Shown: positions 59,201 to 64,000 of the stretch, piece by piece
How positions within the stretch are numbered: position 1 is the first letter of the stretch
How the letters are laid out: every line of letters starts with the position of its first letter
Assembly (NCBI GenBank): GCA_051362555.1
Contig: CM120641.1
Location: 15,252,001 to 15,316,000, forward strand
Length of the DNA: 64,000 nucleotides
Direction of reading: 5' to 3'
Origin: Lingula anatina
Lineage: Eukaryota > Animalia > Brachiopoda
The notes under the pieces: model-generated
What the model saw: the letters and a program-made list of their open reading frames with translations, nothing else
The model's database searches: none
Told to the model about the DNA's origin: nothing
Program-made: the position numbers and the translations under genes

Positions 59201-62200
59201 TTTGAGCTGCTGTACATTGAAGTATTGTACACAATCAAGCATAAAATTGGTACTACCAGTGGTGGCCATTCCCCATACATCCATGATTTATACCAGTATG
59301 CTCAGGAGTCATTCAGAGTAGGCCCAGAAGACCATGCCCGTCTGCTGGCTAAGGCCTCTGAGGAAAAGGTAAATACATTGCACGTATTGGATAATTATAT
59401 GGACAGACACTATGTCTGGATATACAGCCATCACTAGCATCTGTTGTTTTTATTGCTGTCACTGTGAATTTGGCCTTAATCATTTTATTCATAAACACCA
59501 TAAAAGGATGAACATGTTACTTATTATTCTCAAACTTGAGGATTGATTCACAGGACTAAAATACAGCTCATGTTTGATAATTTATTAAGTTTTGAAGATT
59601 TTCATTTTTTAACTTATTGGCAATTTCAGGTTGTGACTTTGAATTCCCTTGGCATTGAAACCCTGTATTGGTATCATTTTCTGAATGTCTGCATAGCATT
59701 AGTACATATTGGAAGTAATTATGCCATTGATCGATATGAAATATTTCATCAAAATTGACTAAAATCTTTTATTTGCGTACTTTCATCATCAAATTGATTG
59801 TTTATCATTTTAAGGCTGCTATTATGCCTTTGCCTCTATCAGTATTATTATAAATATATCTGTCCATTTGAAAGCTTTGCTGCCTTGTTTTGTTTATGCA
59901 ATTATTTAGGTGATAAATTATATTTGCAGTTAGCAGGAAAAGTCTGAAAGTGGGAAAGTTCCTCCCCATTTGTGACATGTATTTTTCATTTGTAGCCAGT
60001 GTTTAAATGGAGACAGTTTTTAACAAAGTCATATCATATCCCATCTGTGTGAAATAACAAAATTTGAAGAATGCATCATGACATTGTAACAACTAGGCAT
60101 TGGCACAATTTTAATGCCTTAATAAGTTACCTGGTGTGCTAGTAATACCCAATTTATCATACCTCCCCAGAAAGTGTCCCTTAAGAAAGATGGCTATTGA
60201 TTTGTTGCTTGATCTTTATGCCTGAGCTTGTTTACATTTCCCATTTGTACAACAATGTCAGCTGTATCGTGCATCTAAGCATTCTGGACATCTTGTGTAT
60301 AGTAATTTGTAATTCCATGTTTGACTTATAGCTATGCATGTCATTTTTGCGTGAATAATTCATTTAGATTGATTTTGGCCCAATCTTCATTTTCAGCCTC
60401 CTATAGTGATACTGAATGTGACAGTGGTAGAAGCCAAGGGTCTGGAAGCTAAAGATGCAGATGGTGAGGATAATGTCAATAATAATAAAACATTAATTTC
60501 AGCTTCATAAGGTAACACACCATTTATGCTTCATATCAGGGCTCCCCAACTACCTATAGCTACTCTATTCCATTATGAGAATTAGCACTGTTTCCACATT
60601 ATTACACCCCGGTCTTAGAATATTCCCCACAACCCATTGATAAATCCCATAACAGTACCAATGAGCCTCAGTGTCTATTCACCAGTATTTAATGGTAAGG
60701 CTAGGAGGCAGTAATGTCAGTAATGTTCATCATTGTGTGTGGTAGTTTAAATTGGGGGCCCTGAAATATCCTATATCTTTAATTACATAACATAGCCCAT
60801 TGAAGAACCATGCAATCTTATATGAAGCTACTGAGAGTGACATCTTATTTTTTCAACACCATGAAACACAATAAAGGACGAAATTTTTCTCAAACCCATT
60901 TGTTTTATTTGATAGGGACAAGTTTAAGTTTACCCTAGTTTTAACATATCACAAGCCCAGACCTGCTATGTACCTTTTATGTATGTGATGGAACTGCTTC
61001 ATAAGAATTAGGCAACACTCCACAATCTCCACTTGGTGTGTGTTGCAATAATAATGTGATTGTACAGGTAGCTGCAGATCTGAATGCCTGTTTCTGACTG
61101 CATGAGGTAGTAAGGATATATGGCATCAACTCCAAGGGCTAGGTTAATACATGTACATGTAGGCATGTTGAGGGGAGGGGGATTCATACAAACATCCCTT
61201 TTGACTAGGGATGAGTCCACTCTGAATCAACAGGAGCATCTCAATAGTCTGAAGGCTCATTATATTAGTCCAAAGGTTCATTGGTCCGAAAAAATGGTAA
61301 CATATCCATCATTTTTTTTAATCAAGGGTTCATTGGTGTGAAGGTTTTATAGTGAAGATTGGGACCAATAAACTTTTGGATTATTGAACCTTGGGAGTAT
61401 TGCTATGGCCCTAAATCAAGAATTTTATGAATACACAGGTTTTGTTGTGAAAAGGTCCACTGGTCAAAAAAAAAAAAAAAACATGAAGTTGCTTGTTACA
61501 GATCAAGGTCTTAAAAAATAGGGCCTGGCAACTCATTAAAATGAAAACCTAAATGTACGTATAGATCAGCATGATGCTGGGATTTCAGTTTGCTGATAGT
61601 GTAGCGGAAGAGGACTCATCATTTCTATGTTTTCTTTTGAGATTCTTGGGTGGTCTTGTTTATTATTTATATTTGACTTCAATTTCCAGGCTTTAGTGAT
61701 CCTTACTGTATGTTGGGAATCATCCCAGGTAGTCGTCTCTCTGGAGCAGCCAATGCCAAGGACGAGGGATTTTCTTCAGATGAGGAGAAACATCACAAAA
61801 AGAAAAATCCCTTACAGAAGTTCTCTGAAAGTCTTAGAAAAAAACATGGCAGCAATAAAGCAGACAAAAAGGAGAAATTACCTGCTAAATATATTCAAGC
61901 AACCACTGTGAAGAATAATACACTTAATCCAGTGTGGAATGAAAAATTCAGATTGTAAGTATATTTTTGTTTTCGATATTTGCATTATATTATAATAGCT
62001 TGTTCATGCTGGTTGTTTCTTGTAATTGGTTTCAACAGTTCTTCTTAAGGTCTGTGAAGTAGAAATTAAATTAAAGTGGTGATTTGGTAATGTATTATTC
62101 TGAGATTTAAATACCAAATGTGAAGGCTAATTTTGCAAAAAAAAGTTTGGATGATACTTCAGTGTGTCCCACTGCCTAAAACCTTTAGTCCTCTATTATT

Positions 62201-64000
62201 AGTCCACTTTATTTCTACCAAATAAATTTAAGAGATCTCTGATGCAGTGCAAATGGATGTGCTATCTTTTCCATGGGATATGAACAGATTTAAAAGTTTT
62301 ATAGAGAGATCCTTATTTATGTGTAGATAACAAAAAAGAATAATGTGTAATTTATTTTTTTAATTGATTGGTAGTGCTATAAAACATGATATCTTTGTAT
62401 TTTCAGTGATCTAGAAGATGTCAACAGCGACAAGCTTCATATTGATATTTGGTAAATTGAATATTAAATCAGATAGATCTTGATGGGGAAACAGCCCTAC
62501 GAAGCAAATTACATAATTGATAACGTCTGTACTTAGGGTAGAAACAATAATTACAATATAGTTAACTAAATTTTCTGTAGACATAAGAGTTTGTAGTGGA
62601 CTGACCACATTATTGTAAATGCTGTTTGAAGTGTTTGCTGGAAGTCCAAAGACCATGGAAATTTCATGCACATGATCACCATTTAATGTAGATGTGGTTA
62701 ACATGTGTAATGTGTGGTACATCAGTAAAGAAATTGCCATGGAATTAGCATTTTATTCATTGCCTTTTATCACTCTTTATGGTCTAGATCTAGATAACTG
62801 TATATTACATCACATTGAATCAGTGAGATTTTTTTTTGACATATTTGAGATTGCATTTTTTCTGTAGAAAAAAAGAAAACTAATATCAAGATTCATTTTT
62901 CATATTTTAAGGGACCACGATGATGAATCTTCAGTGTTTGAGGCAGCAAAAAAATTGAATGAAGTATCTGGCTTTAAAGGTTTTAGTCGTTTCTTCAAGC
63001 AGATTGCCCAGTCTGCCAGGGCAGGGAGTTCTGGAAATGTGGATGACTTCTTGGGATGCATATCAACCAGTCTGCATGTGAGTGACACTGTCAGTTAGGA
63101 TACCCTCAATGTGGACAAAGTTTGAAAATGAAAATGTATAGGGCATGGGCTGTTAAAGAGAAAGAAATTTCTGAGCTGCTACAAATGCTATTCACATAAG
63201 TTTTGTAAAATGTACTTAGGGCTTACATTAGGAAGTGGGTACTTTAAGTTCAACCCAATACACATGCATGAACATCCCCCCTCCCTCCCACAAGTTCAAA
63301 AATTTAGCAAGTTTAAAAATTATCCCTCACTGACGCAGTGGGCTAGATAACAGAGATGGACCCTGCAATCTTGACCACTTTGTATTCAACCAGTTTTCAA
63401 GCAGCATACAATACATATATTTCTTACTATAAATAATATACAGTACTGTGGATTTTTTAATGCAATATAATTTTTGTAGGACATTCCATCCACTGGCATA
63501 GACAAGTGGTTTTCCCTGCAAGGAAGGAAGGCCAAACGCACAGTCCAGGGGCAGATACGACTGAAATTTCACCTTGCCACGCGAGAAGATCGTGGCATTC
63601 CTGAGGAAGATAACTGGACAGACGTGCGACAACATGAAGATCTGATGGCAATTTTTATTGAACATGAAATTCAGAAATGTGATGTAAGTCCAGTTTTTAA
63701 TATACTATATACAGACAAGATGCAAGAAAACTTATGAGCCATATGTTTTTTACTAGCCCTATTATCTTTGAAAATAGTAAGATATCTGCTGGGTCTTAAT
63801 GTTTTTTAAACAACATATGAAGTGAACATATATTTGTCTTACAAATGATGCCAAAGCCAGTCAGATTTAATATTCACTTACAACATATACTCCAGAATTC
63901 TATCATAATTTTAGGAGGTGTATAAATGGGTTGGAGAACTCCCCCAGGCTGCACAGACTATCCTCCACCAGCATGCTATTCAGGGAGACATCACACCTGT
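45974..64000 (+). CDS. BAIAP3: BAI1-associated protein 3 / Munc13-4 family C2-MUN protein, 5' part; continues beyond the right edge
   Basis: Exons 45974-46089 (tentative first), 52413-52500 (FFENFAALSWKQEN), 58615-58704, 59201-59368 (LYIEVLYTIKHKIG), 60397-60463 (VTVVEAKGLEAKDAD), 61690-61954 (GFSDPYCMLGI...TLNPVWNEKF, C2A), 62407-62451 (LHIDIW), 62912-63077 (DHDDE...DDFLG), 63480-63683 and 63915-end (TILHQHAIQGD). Confidence 0.88.
53375..53727. mobile_element. TTAA-TSD MITE (Kolobok-like), copy 2
   Basis: TTAA|AGGGATAA ... GTTGTTATCTCT|TTAA; same length (~350 bp) and internal sequence as the copy at 20633. Confidence 0.75.
57060..57294. mobile_element. TTAA-TSD MITE (Kolobok-like), partial copy 3
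   Basis: AAACTTTTTAGAAAAAACAT...GAATGGATTCATTAGCCATTGGTAAGTATGGGAA matches 53595-53670 and the copy ends TTATCCCT|TTAA; the left end was not resolved. Confidence 0.6.
59600..59890 (+). mobile_element. Degenerate 3' fragment related to the Helentron-like element at 24260-28614
   Basis: GGCAATTTCAGGTTGTGACTTTGAATTCCCTTGG resembles the 330-bp unit; the end CATTTGAAAGCTTTGCTGCCTTGTT matches the element's 3' terminus. Confidence 0.6.
61252..61411. mobile_element. Decayed foldback-like MITE remnant
   Basis: Repeated GGTTCATTGGT units face ACCAATAAAC/ATTGAACC inverted units; no clear TSD. Confidence 0.35.

Overview
Eukaryotic (invertebrate animal, probably mollusc/lophotrochozoan-like), AT-rich genomic DNA with spliced genes, so most ORF-track entries are exon fragments or noise. 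Five conserved genes were reconstructed exon by exon: an AAK1/BMP2K (NAK family) kinase on the minus strand (runs off the left edge), ASH2L (+, head-to-head with the kinase), GGPP synthase GGPS1 (-), FBXL15 (+) and a BAIAP3/Munc13-4 family gene (+, runs off the right edge). The most unusual region is the 14.1-kb ASH2L intron 13 (14518-28643). It holds (i) a nested antisense, roughly 10-exon orphan gene for a mucin-like single-pass membrane protein with a long, motif-rich cytoplasmic tail and (ii) a 2.2-kb Helentron/HINE-like element carrying a complete inverted copy of itself, which ends about 30 nt from an ASH2L 3' splice site. GGPS1 has an intron with U12-type signals and apparently non-canonical GT-GG ends. 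Several MITE families are present, with TTAA, 5-bp and 9-bp target-site duplications. No rRNA, tRNA or CRISPR features were recognised. Coordinates were read by eye and may be off by a few bases.
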